64,000 bases of DNA. It comes from an uncultured Methanoregulaceae archaeon (GTDB lineage: Archaea; Halobacteriota; Methanomicrobia; Methanomicrobiales; Methanospirillaceae). The stretch is taken from contig CAWJAX010000005.1 in the NCBI GenBank assembly GCA_963841015.1, positions 448,001 to 512,000 of the forward strand, written 5' to 3'. The notes beneath the pieces are model-generated. The model had not been told where the DNA came from. It saw nothing but the letters and a program-made list of their open reading frames with translations, and did not search any database. The first letter of the stretch is position 1; every line of letters starts with the position of its first letter. Position numbers and translations under genes: made by a program. Shown one piece after another: positions 19,769-30,794 of this stretch.

Positions 19769-21150
19769 AATCGGGTTACACTCACTGGATGAGCTTCTGA
19801 GCCACTCAGCTTGTTGTCCTCATCCAGTACGATCATGTGGGTAGCACATGATACACAGGGGTCGTACCCGCGCATGATCACTTCGGCAAGCTGCCAGGGG
19901 GCACCCTTGAGTGCTGCACTGCAGGTTGCAAAGTTCCAGGTGGTTGGCACGAGCATTGAGAAGTACTGGACCTTCCAGTCCTTGACACGTGCAAGATGGA
20001 CATCGGTGCCACGGGGGGCTTCGTTGGATGCCCAGCCCAGTGAACCGTCACCATCGGGGATGTAGTCTGCAACGACCTTTCCATTGGTATTAAGTGCATC
20101 GAGGCAGTCCATCATCTCATACAAGCAGTCCTGGTACTCCATCTGGCGAGCTACGTTCTGGCCACAGGTGCCTTTCTCGTCATAGTTCTTGTATGTAACG
20201 AGACGGGCACGTGGACCGACTTCAACGGGCTGGCCATCGTACATAGGGATACCGGTACAGGCTTCCATCTGTGGGTTAACCTTTGTGCCGACCTTGGTGG
20301 TTCCACCAATGGGGTACCTGGGCTCTTCGAGATCAACGGTCATTTCACCCATGTACCAGTCCCATGGTCGGACTTCCTTGAAGCGGTTGATGTCCCAGCT
20401 GGGGCATTCGTCAAGACTTGAGCTGCCATAGAATGCATGGGTTGCAAGGTAGCCCTGGTTGTGGAAACCGAGATCCTTGGGCATCGGGACTTTCATACCC
20501 CCAACGTCAACGAAGTCTCTCTTGTGATAGTTTCGGATAACCGCTATCATGAACTCTGACTGAGCGTGGGCAAGGACAAGTCCTTCCTTTGCCAGGTCGT
20601 ACATCTTGGTCTTTGCCTGCTCCGAGCAATTGCGGTACATACCACCAACACGAGTATTTCTCGGGTGGATGCAATCGCCACCGGCGATCTGGCCGACGGT
20701 TTGGCCGATCTCACGGAGGCGCTGGATGCGCTTTGCAACGGTGCGCACCGGCTCTTCTGCAGTGAACGGGTTGATCTTGGTCTCGGTACCCGGAATATAG
20801 TAATCGGGCAGGAGCAGGATATTATGCAATGCAATGCTGTGTAACCGGTTCGCGAGCTGAAGGACATGACGAAGCATCTTTGCGTCCTTGGGGATTTCGC
20901 ACTTGATGGATGCTTCCATAGCTTCAGTGGCCGCGAGGTTGTGGGCAATCGGACAGATACCACAGACACGGGATGCAATCTTGGGCACCTGCTCCGGGGT
21001 CTTTCCGACGGCGAGTTTTTCAACTCCCCTCACCGGGGTAATGGAACACCAGTTACCCGTCTCGATGATACCTGCGTCGTTTACCTTCAGGACGAGCTTG
21101 GAGTGTCCCTCATGTCTTGTGGTTGGGGAAATCTCTACAACTTTCGACAA
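19693..21150 (-). CDS. frhA: F420-reducing [NiFe] hydrogenase alpha subunit; probable +1 frameshift in the tail, expected stop at 19782-19784
   Basis: RHEGH, RVCGICPIAH (L1) and DPCVSCATH (L2) motifs. Confidence 0.96.
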   Translation of the reverse strand: MSKVVEISPTTRHEGHSKLVLKVNDAGIIETGNWCSITPVRGVEKLAVGKTPEQVPKIASRVCGICPIAHNLAATEAMEASIKCEIPKDAKMLRHVLQLANRLHSIALHNILLLPDYYIPGTETKINPFTAEEPVRTVAKRIQRLREIGQTVGQIAGGDCIHPRNTRVGGMYRNCSEQAKTKMYDLAKEGLVLAHAQSEFMIAVIRNYHKRDFVDVGGMKVPMPKDLGFHNQGYLATHAFYGSSSLDECPSWDINRFKEVRPWDWYMGEMTVDLEEPRYPIGGTTKVGTKVNPQMEACTGIPMYDGQPVEVGPRARLVTYKNYDEKGTCGQNVARQMEYQDCLYEMMDCLDALNTNGKVVADYIPDGDGSLGWASNEAPRGTDVHLARVKDWKVQYFSMLVPTTWNFATCSAALKGAPWQLAEVIMRGYDPCVSCATHMIVLDEDNKLSGSEAHPVSVTRLCFIRRSLLQGVETPCLPMTALVLQ

Positions 21151-21449
21151 TATTATCGCCTCATTTTATGTTGAGTTGTTCATACCGCTGTACAAAATTT
21201 GCTCTATACTTTCTCTCATCTCTAGAGATAATTGACCGTACAAAGTACGTTCTATTGATCTTGCACAACTGGTTTTATAACCCTTGTTATGACGATGCAT
21301 ATCATTAAATAAGGGTGAAATCTGTCCAATAGGGTTTCCCTATCAAAAAAACAGCCAATTAATTTTTATTTCACTACTATATTTTTCAAATAAAAAATAA
21401 AAAAGGAATTTCTGTATCATTAATATAGGGTAACAAATATCGAATATTT

Positions 21450-22436
21450 TCAATCAACACTTTGCTTTTCACCGTTTAATTCATCGAACAATTCTGCAAG
21501 GGTTGCCCGCCGTTCAGCATACGCATCGTGCTGGTGAATGCTCTCCTCGTTCGTCTGTTTAATCGTGACTACCGAATCACCGGCAAGGTACTCAAATTCA
21601 GCGAGCACTTTCTTTGCCATCTCGCGGACACAGTCTTCAACAAAACGCGGGTTCTTGTGCGCGGCGAGGACCACCGACCCTTCATCGCCCCGCTTGAGTA
21701 ATTCATAGATACCAGCACTCATCGATTCTTTCAATATCCAGATAATCTTTTCAAGGTCCACATCCTGGTCATCGTCAGTTTCAATGCAAAGAAATCCCCG
21801 GCCCCGCTGGTTGTGGGTAGCCATGGGGATTTCGTTAAAAAATGCCTCTATCTGACCGCTGTCGACTCCAAGATTCTGGAGGACATGATCTGCCCGCTCC
21901 TTCATGATGTTCTGGGCACAGGGGCATGCAGTCATCCCGGTAACTTCCGCCCCGATGCTCTTGCGCACAATAGGATTCCGGAAGGTACGCTTTGCGATAG
22001 CACGTGCATGTACCTTCACCACTTCATCACAGGTTGTGCGACTGACCGGTGTTTCGCGCTTCATCATGTACTCACTGCGCATGAAGACCTCTGTGCGGTC
22101 AGCATACTCATGATGGTCTAATAGTTTTCGGGCTACCACGCTGCACAGTTTTTCGATCTTGTTCACGTCACCATCGATTGCCTGCTGGAGGACTTCATCA
22201 ATCACCTCAAAGTTACGAGAGAGATTGGCACCTTTCAGGCTCCCGGGCAGGTCAACATAAACATCAAAATTGGAAATAAATATGACCGGGCGCTTTCCCT
22301 GGCGATGTACTTCGACCAGTTTTTTTACGTTTTTCACACCGACGCGGGTGAGGTTTATCCGGACGTCGGGACTTGTTGCCTGGATGTCAGGCAGATCGCG
22401 GGAAAATGTCTGGTCAGGTTTCTCATTTGGGGTCAT
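21450..22436 (-). CDS. mptA: GTP cyclohydrolase MptA (FolE2 family)
   Basis: LPDIQ, KGANLSR, GMTACPCAQ, THNQRG, PRFVEDCVR, ESIHQHDA. Confidence 0.95.
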   Translation of the reverse strand: MTPNEKPDQTFSRDLPDIQATSPDVRINLTRVGVKNVKKLVEVHRQGKRPVIFISNFDVYVDLPGSLKGANLSRNFEVIDEVLQQAIDGDVNKIEKLCSVVARKLLDHHEYADRTEVFMRSEYMMKRETPVSRTTCDEVVKVHARAIAKRTFRNPIVRKSIGAEVTGMTACPCAQNIMKERADHVLQNLGVDSGQIEAFFNEIPMATHNQRGRGFLCIETDDDQDVDLEKIIWILKESMSAGIYELLKRGDEGSVVLAAHKNPRFVEDCVREMAKKVLAEFEYLAGDSVVTIKQTNEESIHQHDAYAERRATLAELFDELNGEKQSVD

Positions 22437-22540
22437 TTTTTTAATAAGTCATCGCATCCCGGTAATTCTTTCAAGGTTGCTTCTTTAGTTTTTTTATATA
22501 ATATTTATGTGCTTTGTTGCAGATATCAAAGGGATCTACT

Positions 22541-23530
22541 ATGTTAAAAAAATACTATGAAGCAGATGCGGATCTCTCGGTGCTGAAGGGAAAGCGCATT
22601 GCTGTGATTGGTTATGGCTCACAGGGACGGGGGCAATCTCTCAACCTCAAAGACAGCGGGCTTGATGTGGTGATCGGGCTTCGCCCGGGAAAGAGCTGGG
22701 ATGCGGCTGGCAAAGATGGCATGAAGGTGATGCCGGTTGCCGAGGCTGTGAAAAAGGCAGATATTATTCAGATCCTCCTGCCTGATGAACACCAGGCTGC
22801 AGTTTATAAGAGTGAGATTATGCCCCATCTCTCGGACAAGAAGTGCCTCATGTTCTCCCATGGATTCAATATCCACTTCGGACAGATTGTTCCTCCACCC
22901 ACCGTTGATGTGATCATGGTGGCGCCCAAAGGGCCAGGATTCATGGTACGCAGGCAATATGAAGAAGGGAAAGGCGTTCCCGCACTTATCGCCATTCACC
23001 AGGACCATACCGGAAAAGCCCACCATATTGCGCTTGCCTATGCAAAGGGGATTGGGGCAACCCGGGCGGTTGTGCTGGAAACATCGTTCCGCGAAGAAAC
23101 CGAAACGGATCTTTTCGGAGAGCAGGCTGTTCTCTGCGGGGGTTGCACATCTCTTGTCAAGGCAGGATTTGAAACGCTTGTCGATGCCGGTTACGAGCCG
23201 GAGATGGCATATCTCGAAATTCTCCATGAGCTGAAGCTGATTGTTGATCTGATCTACGAGGGTGGGCTTACCAACATGCGCAAGTATATCAGCAACACGG
23301 CACAGTATGGTGATCTTACCCGTGGCCCACGAGTTATTGGTCCTGAAGCCTACGAAGCAATGCAGGAGATTCTGGAAGAAATCCAATCTGGTAAATTCGC
23401 CCGTGAATGGATGCTTGAAAACATGGTCAACCGCCCTGTATTCAATGCGCTCACCAAGGCAGATGAAGAGCATCTCATCGAAGAAGTGGGCAAAGAAGTC
23501 CGTGGTATGATGCCACAATTTAAAAAATAA
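22541..23530 (+). CDS. ilvC: Ketol-acid reductoisomerase
   Basis: [35 protein letters not shown]. Confidence 0.98.
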   Translation: MLKKYYEADADLSVLKGKRIAVIGYGSQGRGQSLNLKDSGLDVVIGLRPGKSWDAAGKDGMKVMPVAEAVKKADIIQILLPDEHQAAVYKSEIMPHLSDKKCLMFSHGFNIHFGQIVPPPTVDVIMVAPKGPGFMVRRQYEEGKGVPALIAIHQDHTGKAHHIALAYAKGIGATRAVVLETSFREETETDLFGEQAVLCGGCTSLVKAGFETLVDAGYEPEMAYLEILHELKLIVDLIYEGGLTNMRKYISNTAQYGDLTRGPRVIGPEAYEAMQEILEEIQSGKFAREWMLENMVNRPVFNALTKADEEHLIEEVGKEVRGMMPQFKK

Positions 23531-23577
23531 TTTTTTCTGGTATCTTTTTATTTCTTTTTCCAATATACCCAGTCAGG

Positions 23578-24059
23578 ATAAAAATTTGGATTATTTACCC
23601 TAGCGGGACCGGAAAAACCCTCCATGGGGCCCGGCATATTGCTTCGGCATTTAATGCATGCCTGATCGAAATCTGTGACACGGCATCCTACACCCGGATT
23701 ACGCGCTTTCTTGTATCCTGCAAAATGGCGAGAAGTAACAAGAAAACCAGGATCGGGCCATCATCGACCGATGTTTCGGAATAGGATCTTGTTGTATTCG
23801 GATCACCAGTCTGGGCTTTCAAACACCGCCGGCTATATATACAACAATTGATAGTCTTGAGGGGTGTATGGGTAAACCGGCTGTGGCCTTTTCCACTCAT
23901 GGTGGCAGACCGGGCCAGACTGATGAAACGTTCAAAAAATGGATTGAAGCCAGTGGGATGATTACGGGTGTTGTCACCAACATCACCCAGACTGCTCATA
24001 ACAACGAGAAGGAGACAAAAGAACTCGTCGCGCCTGTCTCTGCTTTAATGAATGGATAA
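23578..24059 (+). pseudogene. Flavodoxin-like pseudogene
   Basis: IKIWIIYPSGTGKT (start decayed to ATA), in-frame TAG before DLVVFGSPVWAF, a frameshift, then GKPAVAFSTHGG. Confidence 0.8.
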
Positions 24060-24379
24060 TTTTTTTAGCTGAATGAAAATGGAATTTTACCCGCATTTAC
24101 GTAAGTGTAACGGCAGTGGCGAACGATCTTATTTCTTCGATTTTCGCATGATTGTGGGGTGGGGCACCCTGTCTTCTCTCCGTACTGTGGGGAGCATGAC
24201 CGGGTCTTCCTGATCCAGCGCTGCACCGCCATGTCTATGATGGCATCAGGTATCGGTGTATGAGCATAAGCATCCTGTCGATTATTATGCGGATGTTCCC
24301 TGCACAAAGCAGGATTTGATTAACCAGCATGTACCGGGAGAAAGCCTTTTGGCGGGTGGCACCTTTATACTATACAACT

Positions 24380-25000
24380 ATGACGGACGAATATGAAAAT
24401 CTCCTCAAACAGGCATACTCCAATATCACCGAAAAAACAGAATCTTCGGAGCGTTTTGTAGTTCCTGAAGCCAAGGCATATGTTGAAGGCAAAACAACCG
24501 TCCTTGAAAATTTTTCCGAAATTGTGAGCAAGGTCCGCCGTGACCCGGATCACGTTATGAAATTTCTCCTCGGGGAACTTGGTACTTCTGGAAAAATAGA
24601 CGGAAACCGTGCAATTTTTAACGGAAAATTTGAGATCTCCCTCATTAAAATGATAATAAAGAGTTATGTTGAGGATTATGTTATCTGCTCTGAATGCGGC
24701 AAACCGGATACCCGGCTTGTCAAAGACGATCGGGTAATGCAGCTCCGCTGTGATGCCTGCGGGAGTCACCGCCCGGTCAGAAAGAGAAAAGCCCGAACCG
24801 AACCTGTCTCTGAGAACCTTGAGGAAGGTACTATCATGGATGTTGAAATCCAGTCAATCTCCAAGCGGGGTGACGGTGTGGTTAAGATGGGTCGCTACAT
24901 CATGTATGTTGCAAATGCAAAACCCGGGCAGAAGGTAAAGATTAAGATATCAAGGATTTCGGGATCGATCGTTTTTACCGAAAGGGCAACGGAAGAATAA
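24380..25000 (+). CDS. eif2b: Translation initiation factor aIF-2 beta with C-terminal TRAM domain
   Basis: [21 protein letters not shown]; TRAM motif SKRGDGV. Confidence 0.95.
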   Translation: MTDEYENLLKQAYSNITEKTESSERFVVPEAKAYVEGKTTVLENFSEIVSKVRRDPDHVMKFLLGELGTSGKIDGNRAIFNGKFEISLIKMIIKSYVEDYVICSECGKPDTRLVKDDRVMQLRCDACGSHRPVRKRKARTEPVSENLEEGTIMDVEIQSISKRGDGVVKMGRYIMYVANAKPGQKVKIKISRISGSIVFTERATEE

Positions 25001-25179
25001 TAATATTCATAATCTATTTTCCACAAGCGAGCAGCAACATCCAGTCAGAAGTACACCAGAATCCCGCTGGAGTATTCCCTTGTATTATCCATCCTTTTTA
25101 CTTTTACCCTTGGATAGTATGATTTTCATGGACAAAAAAATTAGCAAAAAAAGAAATTTTATTCATTCGGTGTTCTGCT

Positions 25180-25881
25180 TCAGAAATTGAAGGATTGCTC
25201 GGTCGGTCCCCCGGTTTTTGTGATAGTAATTTCGTAGTTGAAATTCTGAACATTGTCAAAGGTGGTGTCAAAACTCATCCACCGACCGTCAACGACATAC
25301 GTTAAAGGATGGACTTCTCCTTTTGTCCTGTTCATCGCAATATACTTGCCATCGTCATAACGATATTCGATATAATCCCCGTAAACGAATTCGCCCGTGG
25401 AATCCGTTGCTTTCTCGAGGACAAAAGATGGGTCTATGAGACCCCACTGGACTTTCTTCGAATAGGATTCATAGTGGGGGATTAACTGCGCTGCCTGCAA
25501 TCCGGTTGCCTGTTCTGTATTGAGTGCATATCCCAGCACGGGCTTTTCAGCTTTGATGGTAATCCGGAATTTATCTCCTGGATAAACGAATTTAAAACCC
25601 ATATCCTTGAAATCATAAGTTTTATAGGTTTTTGTAGTGAGGATACCCGTATCGTGCAGAATTTCTTTTTCAATGACGGTTTCTGAAGGTTTGGGAGTCA
25701 CTCTAGTCGATACAACCGTGACCACGGTCGCCTCAGGAGTGGTCGGAAGTACGGTCTGGATTGCCGTAGTTGGTGCCGGAGTCTGAACAGGAGCAGGAGT
25801 GGAGGGGGAAACACATCCCGCAATGACCAGTATCACAATCAGGCAGATACCTATCCAGATTGGCGTTTTGTTGTCTATCAT
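25180..25881 (-). CDS. Hypothetical lipoprotein with Pro/Thr-rich linker
   Basis: Hydrophobic signal ending IAGC, followed by a PT-rich stalk. Confidence 0.75.
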   Translation of the reverse strand: MIDNKTPIWIGICLIVILVIAGCVSPSTPAPVQTPAPTTAIQTVLPTTPEATVVTVVSTRVTPKPSETVIEKEILHDTGILTTKTYKTYDFKDMGFKFVYPGDKFRITIKAEKPVLGYALNTEQATGLQAAQLIPHYESYSKKVQWGLIDPSFVLEKATDSTGEFVYGDYIEYRYDDGKYIAMNRTKGEVHPLTYVVDGRWMSFDTTFDNVQNFNYEITITKTGGPTEQSFNF

Positions 25882-26017
25882 ATGATCAAGACATTTTTGC
25901 TTCAACCTGATAACTGTTATCAAATCCATCCTGTATTATTGAGATCGAAGCAGGATTAACCTGGATTTGGTTGTAATTAGTATAAAAAAACTATACTATT
26001 TGCAGAAATATCGGGTA

Positions 26018-26287
26018 TCACTGTTTCTTCAGCTCTTTAATGAGCTCATCACAATGACCCGATATCCGCTTGCATGCCTTTTTAATTATCGGCAGAGGAT
26101 TTTTCTTGCCTTTGGTGGTGACGAGAAGTTCCGGGTCAGAAAACTGGAACTCTATCATATACCTGGCGACATCGACATCCGGGTCGTTTAAAAGCTCTTC
26201 AACAAGGGCGTTCATGAACGTATGCCCCTCCCCCTTGATGATGAGTCGTACTTTGTCTTTTTCGAGATCGAGGACTTTTACAATCAT
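26018..26287 (-). CDS. rpoL: RNA polymerase subunit L (Rpo11)
   Basis: GEGHTFMNALVEELL...VDVARY. Confidence 0.92.
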   Translation of the reverse strand: MIVKVLDLEKDKVRLIIKGEGHTFMNALVEELLNDPDVDVARYMIEFQFSDPELLVTTKGKKNPLPIIKKACKRISGHCDELIKELKKQ

Positions 26288-26385
26288 GCACCTATGTTTG
26301 GGCACCTGAAAACTATTAAAGTATGGGTGGGGATGACAAGAATACAATTTCTGATTCCCGGTATTATTTTTTTTACTAAAGATGG

Positions 26386-27108
26386 TTACCGGAACTCGAA
26401 TACGTCTCCATCATTTCCCAGATGGGGAAGCTCCCAGGGAATAAGGTGGCTTAAATGAACGCACCGATACTCGTCCGGTTCAAGACTCCGGGCAAGGGTA
26501 CAGGCGTCAAGATAATTCATGTGCTTATGAATCCTGATATCGGAGGGCACAAGTGCATCCAGCAGCAGAAGATCCAGATCGGTGAGGAGGTCAAGGCTCT
26601 GTTGGGGGATATCAATGTTGGTATCTGAGGTAAATCCTATCCTAATACCCGCGTTTTCAAAAACCATGCCACAGGTAAAGGCCGGAGGGTGTTTTACCAT
26701 AAACAGTGTGATAGTTATCCCGAAAAGTTCAAACGGCTCATAGGGGGGAATCTCTCCTTTATCAAATGTGAGAAACCGGAAGGTATCAGCGCAGTAATTG
26801 AGAACCTGGGGAGCGGCAAATACCGGCGGGATCTTCTGGACCCGGTAAAACTCGCCAAATCCGATAAAATGATCATAATGGCCGTGAGTCCAGATCACAG
26901 CATCGATATGAGGGGAACCGTGCAGGAGAAGCTGCTGCCGCAGATCCGGTGATGAATCGATGAGGATGTGTCTTCCCTCATTTTCTACAAGAAGCGAGGT
27001 TCGAAGCCGCATCGCACCTGTTTTCCTGGCGTGGGAACATTGGGGGCATTTGCATCCCACCTTTGGTGTACCAATCGCATCGCCCGTTCCCAAAAGGGTA
27101 ATTTTCAT
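26386..27108 (-). CDS. Metallo-beta-lactamase fold hydrolase (PhnP/YycJ-like)
   Basis: LGTGDAIGTP..GCxCxxC, THGHYDH, HLSH. Confidence 0.92.
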   Translation of the reverse strand: MKITLLGTGDAIGTPKVGCKCPQCSHARKTGAMRLRTSLLVENEGRHILIDSSPDLRQQLLLHGSPHIDAVIWTHGHYDHFIGFGEFYRVQKIPPVFAAPQVLNYCADTFRFLTFDKGEIPPYEPFELFGITITLFMVKHPPAFTCGMVFENAGIRIGFTSDTNIDIPQQSLDLLTDLDLLLLDALVPSDIRIHKHMNYLDACTLARSLEPDEYRCVHLSHLIPWELPHLGNDGDVFEFR

Positions 27109-27109
27109 A

Positions 27110-28384
27110 TTATATCCAGGTCAGGTGTCGGATTGCATCCCTGTTTTTCACCATGTGAATACCCTTTTCAATATCTTCAGGGCTGATAGTCTTACGGTTT
27201 GCCATGAGGGAAGAAAGTATCGCTTCCTTGACCATCATGCGGAGATCGGAACCGGAAAAACCATCAGTCCGGGAAGCAAGCTGCTGGTAATCAAGAGTAC
27301 ACTGGAAGGAGGAAGTAACCTTCATTAAGATATTCTTCCGCATCTCTTCATTGGGAAGTGAAAACTCAACGACTTCATCAAACCTTCTCCAGGCTGCTTC
27401 ATCCAGCAGCTGCGGATGATTGGTTGCACTTATCAGAAGTACATTGTTCCTCACCAGGTTGATCTTATCGATGTTTTTTAACAGGGAGTTTACTGCACGT
27501 TTCATTGCCCCATGGTCATCAGCGACACGGCTCTTGGCAACAAAATCGAATTCGTCAATAAAAAGAATGGAAGGTGCAAGCTTTTTTGCTAATTCAAAAA
27601 TGCGGTCAATATTCTTAGAAGTCTCTCCAAGATACTGGGATGTTATCATTGAAAGCCTGACCTCAAGAACCGGCATGTGCATAGTCCGGGACATTGCAAG
27701 TGCAAGCGAGGTCTTTCCTGTACCTGGTGGACCCACAAAGAGGAGTTTTCCCACCTCATGAATCCTGTGCCGGTGCAGGAATTCCCGGTGGCTGATCGCA
27801 AGTTGAATTTTATTAATAATGGCGGTCTGTTCCTGCGTGCGGATAAGATCGTCCATCTGCTGCTCCACTTCTTCGGGCGCAAGGATAATTACAAGGTCAA
27901 GTGCGCTCCGGAGTTTTTCATCTTCTCCTATAAGTTTCGAAACACGGGCATCGAGATATGCCTTGGTGTCTTCAAATGGCGGATTTGCCAAACGAACGGT
28001 CTTATAGGTTATTCCCGTCGAATCAATATTCTCAAAGTAGAATGCGAGTGCGGGATTTTTATCAATGATAGGTTTGCCGCCCTGTTTGAGGAACCAGAGT
28101 GCTGCGGGTTCAAGCGCAGTGATTCGGAGGCGCTGTCCAAATTCCTCATATGCAACAAAGGGATTTGCGGATAGTTTCTGGTGGGCATCCGCAATAGCCA
28201 GAGAGCGCTTGATCAGACCGTCGCTTACATAGACCGGCCGTTTGATATCTGATGATGTGGTTATGGAAAATATCTCACGGCAGTCAGGGGTCAAATCGTT
28301 GATATCAAGCTGGGGGTTCTGGTTGAATATTTCAGCGGTCAGAACAACTTCCATTATGCGCAGGATTTCAGAATCTCCAGACAT
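27110..28384 (-). CDS. AAA+ ATPase
   Basis: GPPGTGKT, FIDEFD, ATNHPQLLDEAAWRRFD, GFSGSDL. Confidence 0.93.
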   Translation of the reverse strand: MSGDSEILRIMEVVLTAEIFNQNPQLDINDLTPDCREIFSITTSSDIKRPVYVSDGLIKRSLAIADAHQKLSANPFVAYEEFGQRLRITALEPAALWFLKQGGKPIIDKNPALAFYFENIDSTGITYKTVRLANPPFEDTKAYLDARVSKLIGEDEKLRSALDLVIILAPEEVEQQMDDLIRTQEQTAIINKIQLAISHREFLHRHRIHEVGKLLFVGPPGTGKTSLALAMSRTMHMPVLEVRLSMITSQYLGETSKNIDRIFELAKKLAPSILFIDEFDFVAKSRVADDHGAMKRAVNSLLKNIDKINLVRNNVLLISATNHPQLLDEAAWRRFDEVVEFSLPNEEMRKNILMKVTSSFQCTLDYQQLASRTDGFSGSDLRMMVKEAILSSLMANRKTISPEDIEKGIHMVKNRDAIRHLTWI

Positions 28385-28428
28385 GGCTGTAACCTTAATT
28401 ATTCATTTCCTGAATGAATAAGGCTATC

Positions 28429-29304
28429 TCATCGTGTAGTTACAATGCACCCTTCACTGGTTACGATCACTGTATGCTCATGCTGGGACACAAGGGATCC
28501 CGATATATCGGAAAGGACCGGATAAACATGAAGCATTTTCGATCTTACGAGTGAGGAGAGAGTGATATCCAGTTTTTTTTCATTGAGCCATCGTCGTGCA
28601 AATGGCAGCCCATGGCGATCCTTTACTGTATCCAGTACCGCACGTGCCGAAGGAATCCGGACGGGTTTTTGTGAAATCTGCGAATAAATCTCCTTACGGA
28701 TTTTCTCACTGACGTGTCCGCTTCCGGTTGTTGCGAACGGTTCAATAGCAAAGACCATCCCTTCCTCGAGTACAACACCCCCATTAATGCCGACATTGGG
28801 AATAGTAGGAGATCGGTGGAGAATGTACTGATCAAGTCCATGTCCGGTAAGATTTGATATTGGCCGATATCCACGGCCTTCAATCTCTTCCTGGATTGCT
28901 GCACCGAGATCCCCTGCGGTTGCTCCGGGCCGAACCGCTTTTATAGCGGCATCGAGTGCCCGTTCAGATGCTTCAAGGAGGAGTGAGTTGCTCCCGAGAT
29001 CGATAGTGGTAGCTGTGTCAGCGATATACCCCTCTATCTGGACCCCAAGATCCAGTTTTGCTACATCACCTTTGGCAAATACCCGTGCATCTTCGGGTGA
29101 TGCGGTATCATGTGCAGCATCTTCATTTAAGGAGAGGTTGAGAGGAAAAGCGAGTGCCGCCCCTTCTTCTTTTACCTGCATCTCCATTGATTCAACGAGA
29201 TCCAGGTATGATCCTCCAATGCGGATTTCCCTGGCACTCCGGTGCAGGATTTTTGCGGCAATTTCTCCGGCATCACGATATTTATCGAAAATCTCATCTT
29301 TCAT
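28429..29304 (-). CDS. map: Methionine aminopeptidase type II
   Basis: AFP...AAHDT, DLGVQIEGYIADTA, NLTGHG, AIEPF, QHEHT. Confidence 0.96.
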   Translation of the reverse strand: MKDEIFDKYRDAGEIAAKILHRSAREIRIGGSYLDLVESMEMQVKEEGAALAFPLNLSLNEDAAHDTASPEDARVFAKGDVAKLDLGVQIEGYIADTATTIDLGSNSLLLEASERALDAAIKAVRPGATAGDLGAAIQEEIEGRGYRPISNLTGHGLDQYILHRSPTIPNVGINGGVVLEEGMVFAIEPFATTGSGHVSEKIRKEIYSQISQKPVRIPSARAVLDTVKDRHGLPFARRWLNEKKLDITLSSLVRSKMLHVYPVLSDISGSLVSQHEHTVIVTSEGCIVTTR

Positions 29305-30428
29305 ATGACCAGGTCCTCGGGAAATTCCGTAAAGTTTTCAAAACCTTTCGCCGTGACCACTCCTATGTCCTCGAGACGCACCCCCCCGATGCCCGGATAG
29401 TAGAGTCCCGGCTCAATGGTGATTACATTCCCGGTTGCAAGGGCTTTTCCTGCCGGCCCAACCGTTGGTAGTTCGTGAACCTGAAGCCCCACACCATGAC
29501 CGAGATTGTGAACAAATCCGCGTGTGTTACTTTCGTATCCATGATCTTTGAAAAAGTCAACTACTGCCAGATGAATATCTGCTCCTGACGCTCCTTTTTT
29601 TACAAGCGAAATTCCAAGCTTTTTTGCTTCGCGGAGTGTATTGTACATCTCGAGGATTTCCGTTGAAGGCTCCCCCCTGACAACAGTCCGGGTCATATCG
29701 GCATAATAACCGGATATCTCGTTAACGGGAAAGAGATCAATTACAATCGGCTCGTCTGATCTGAGTGGTCCTGATCCTGTTATATGGGGAATTGAGGTAT
29801 CCTCACCGCATGATACAATAGTGTCCACCGCATTGCACCCGTGCTGCAGGAGCAGACTGTGCATGGAGAATTTAACAAATTCAGCAGTCAAGGGCTTTTT
29901 GTCAATATGGAGGATTCCTTTTTTTATCGATGCGCTCCTGATCAGCGAGATTGCACGCCCCATCGCCTTTTCCGTCACTTTCTGCACATCCTTCATCAAC
30001 AGGATTTCATGCTTGTTTTTCTTTGCCCGCATTGACTGAACTGTACCACTGTCCACCATAATAGTACAATAGTTGCTGAGGGCATTTGCCAAAGCAATCG
30101 GGAAATTAGGGGGAACGAGGATTTTTTTTCCAGCCTGACCTGCAATCATCTTTGCGGTTGCGCGGTACGGGTCCTTTTCTTTTTTGAGAATGTCAGGAAG
30201 CCCGGCCTGCGTTCTGGTCATCACTGCAGTAGAAGCTTCTCGTGATGCGCGCCCAGACTCCATCTGGGATACGATAATAACCCCGGGATCTCCTGGTTTT
30301 TTAAAAAAAACGAAGGGATCGCTTGTCGTAAAATGGGTCAGATATCTCATATCAGCGTCACGCGATGATGCATAGAGCACGTAGGCATCAGCGCCGCTTT
30401 TTTTGACCGCGTTTGAAAGTGGGTCCAT
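29301..30428 (-). CDS. Xaa-Pro peptidase (M24 family)
   Basis: YYADMTRT, HNLGHGVGL, TIEPGLY, GVRLED. Confidence 0.93.
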   Translation of the reverse strand: MDPLSNAVKKSGADAYVLYASSRDADMRYLTHFTTSDPFVFFKKPGDPGVIIVSQMESGRASREASTAVMTRTQAGLPDILKKEKDPYRATAKMIAGQAGKKILVPPNFPIALANALSNYCTIMVDSGTVQSMRAKKNKHEILLMKDVQKVTEKAMGRAISLIRSASIKKGILHIDKKPLTAEFVKFSMHSLLLQHGCNAVDTIVSCGEDTSIPHITGSGPLRSDEPIVIDLFPVNEISGYYADMTRTVVRGEPSTEILEMYNTLREAKKLGISLVKKGASGADIHLAVVDFFKDHGYESNTRGFVHNLGHGVGLQVHELPTVGPAGKALATGNVITIEPGLYYPGIGGVRLEDIGVVTAKGFENFTEFPEDLVI

Positions 30429-30488
30429 CTCTCAGGATATATGTAGTTAAACGTCAAGTACTTTTATTTCGGAGTTGACATACCAGTG

Positions 30489-30761
30489 ATGGAAGAGGAT
30501 GTAAAAACCCGGTTCAAGTGGAAATTTTATCATCTTACAATTGAGCTCAATATCATTATCCTTCTCGTAGCTATGTCAATCACGTTTTTTTTTATTTTTC
30601 ATTCCCCCTACAGCATTCCAATCATCATTGGGATGCTCATAGTGGCATTGATTCTGTCTTTGGATTTTTTTAAGAAATACAAAGCAACAAAAAAGTGGCT
30701 TGATGATCAACCGGAAAAAGAAAAAAATGATAATGATACCAGACAGAATGGCACGATATAA
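30489..30761 (+). CDS. Small two-TM membrane protein
   Basis: Two hydrophobic segments; divergent from the peptidase operon. Confidence 0.65.
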   Translation: MEEDVKTRFKWKFYHLTIELNIIILLVAMSITFFFIFHSPYSIPIIIGMLIVALILSLDFFKKYKATKKWLDDQPEKEKNDNDTRQNGTI

Positions 30762-30794
30762 AACAGCTTTGGGTGAGGGCTTTACTGGAGTACT

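Noticed and set aside
22619-23563. Long antisense ORFs (also 2296-3072, 10902-11804, 39296-39793)
   Set aside because: Shadow frames opposite well-supported genes, with no recognisable motifs.
23780-23790. In-frame TAG as pyrrolysine, and TGA near the frhA end as selenocysteine
   Set aside because: The flavodoxin gene has other lesions; the frhA TGA is out of frame and all Ni ligands are encoded as Cys.
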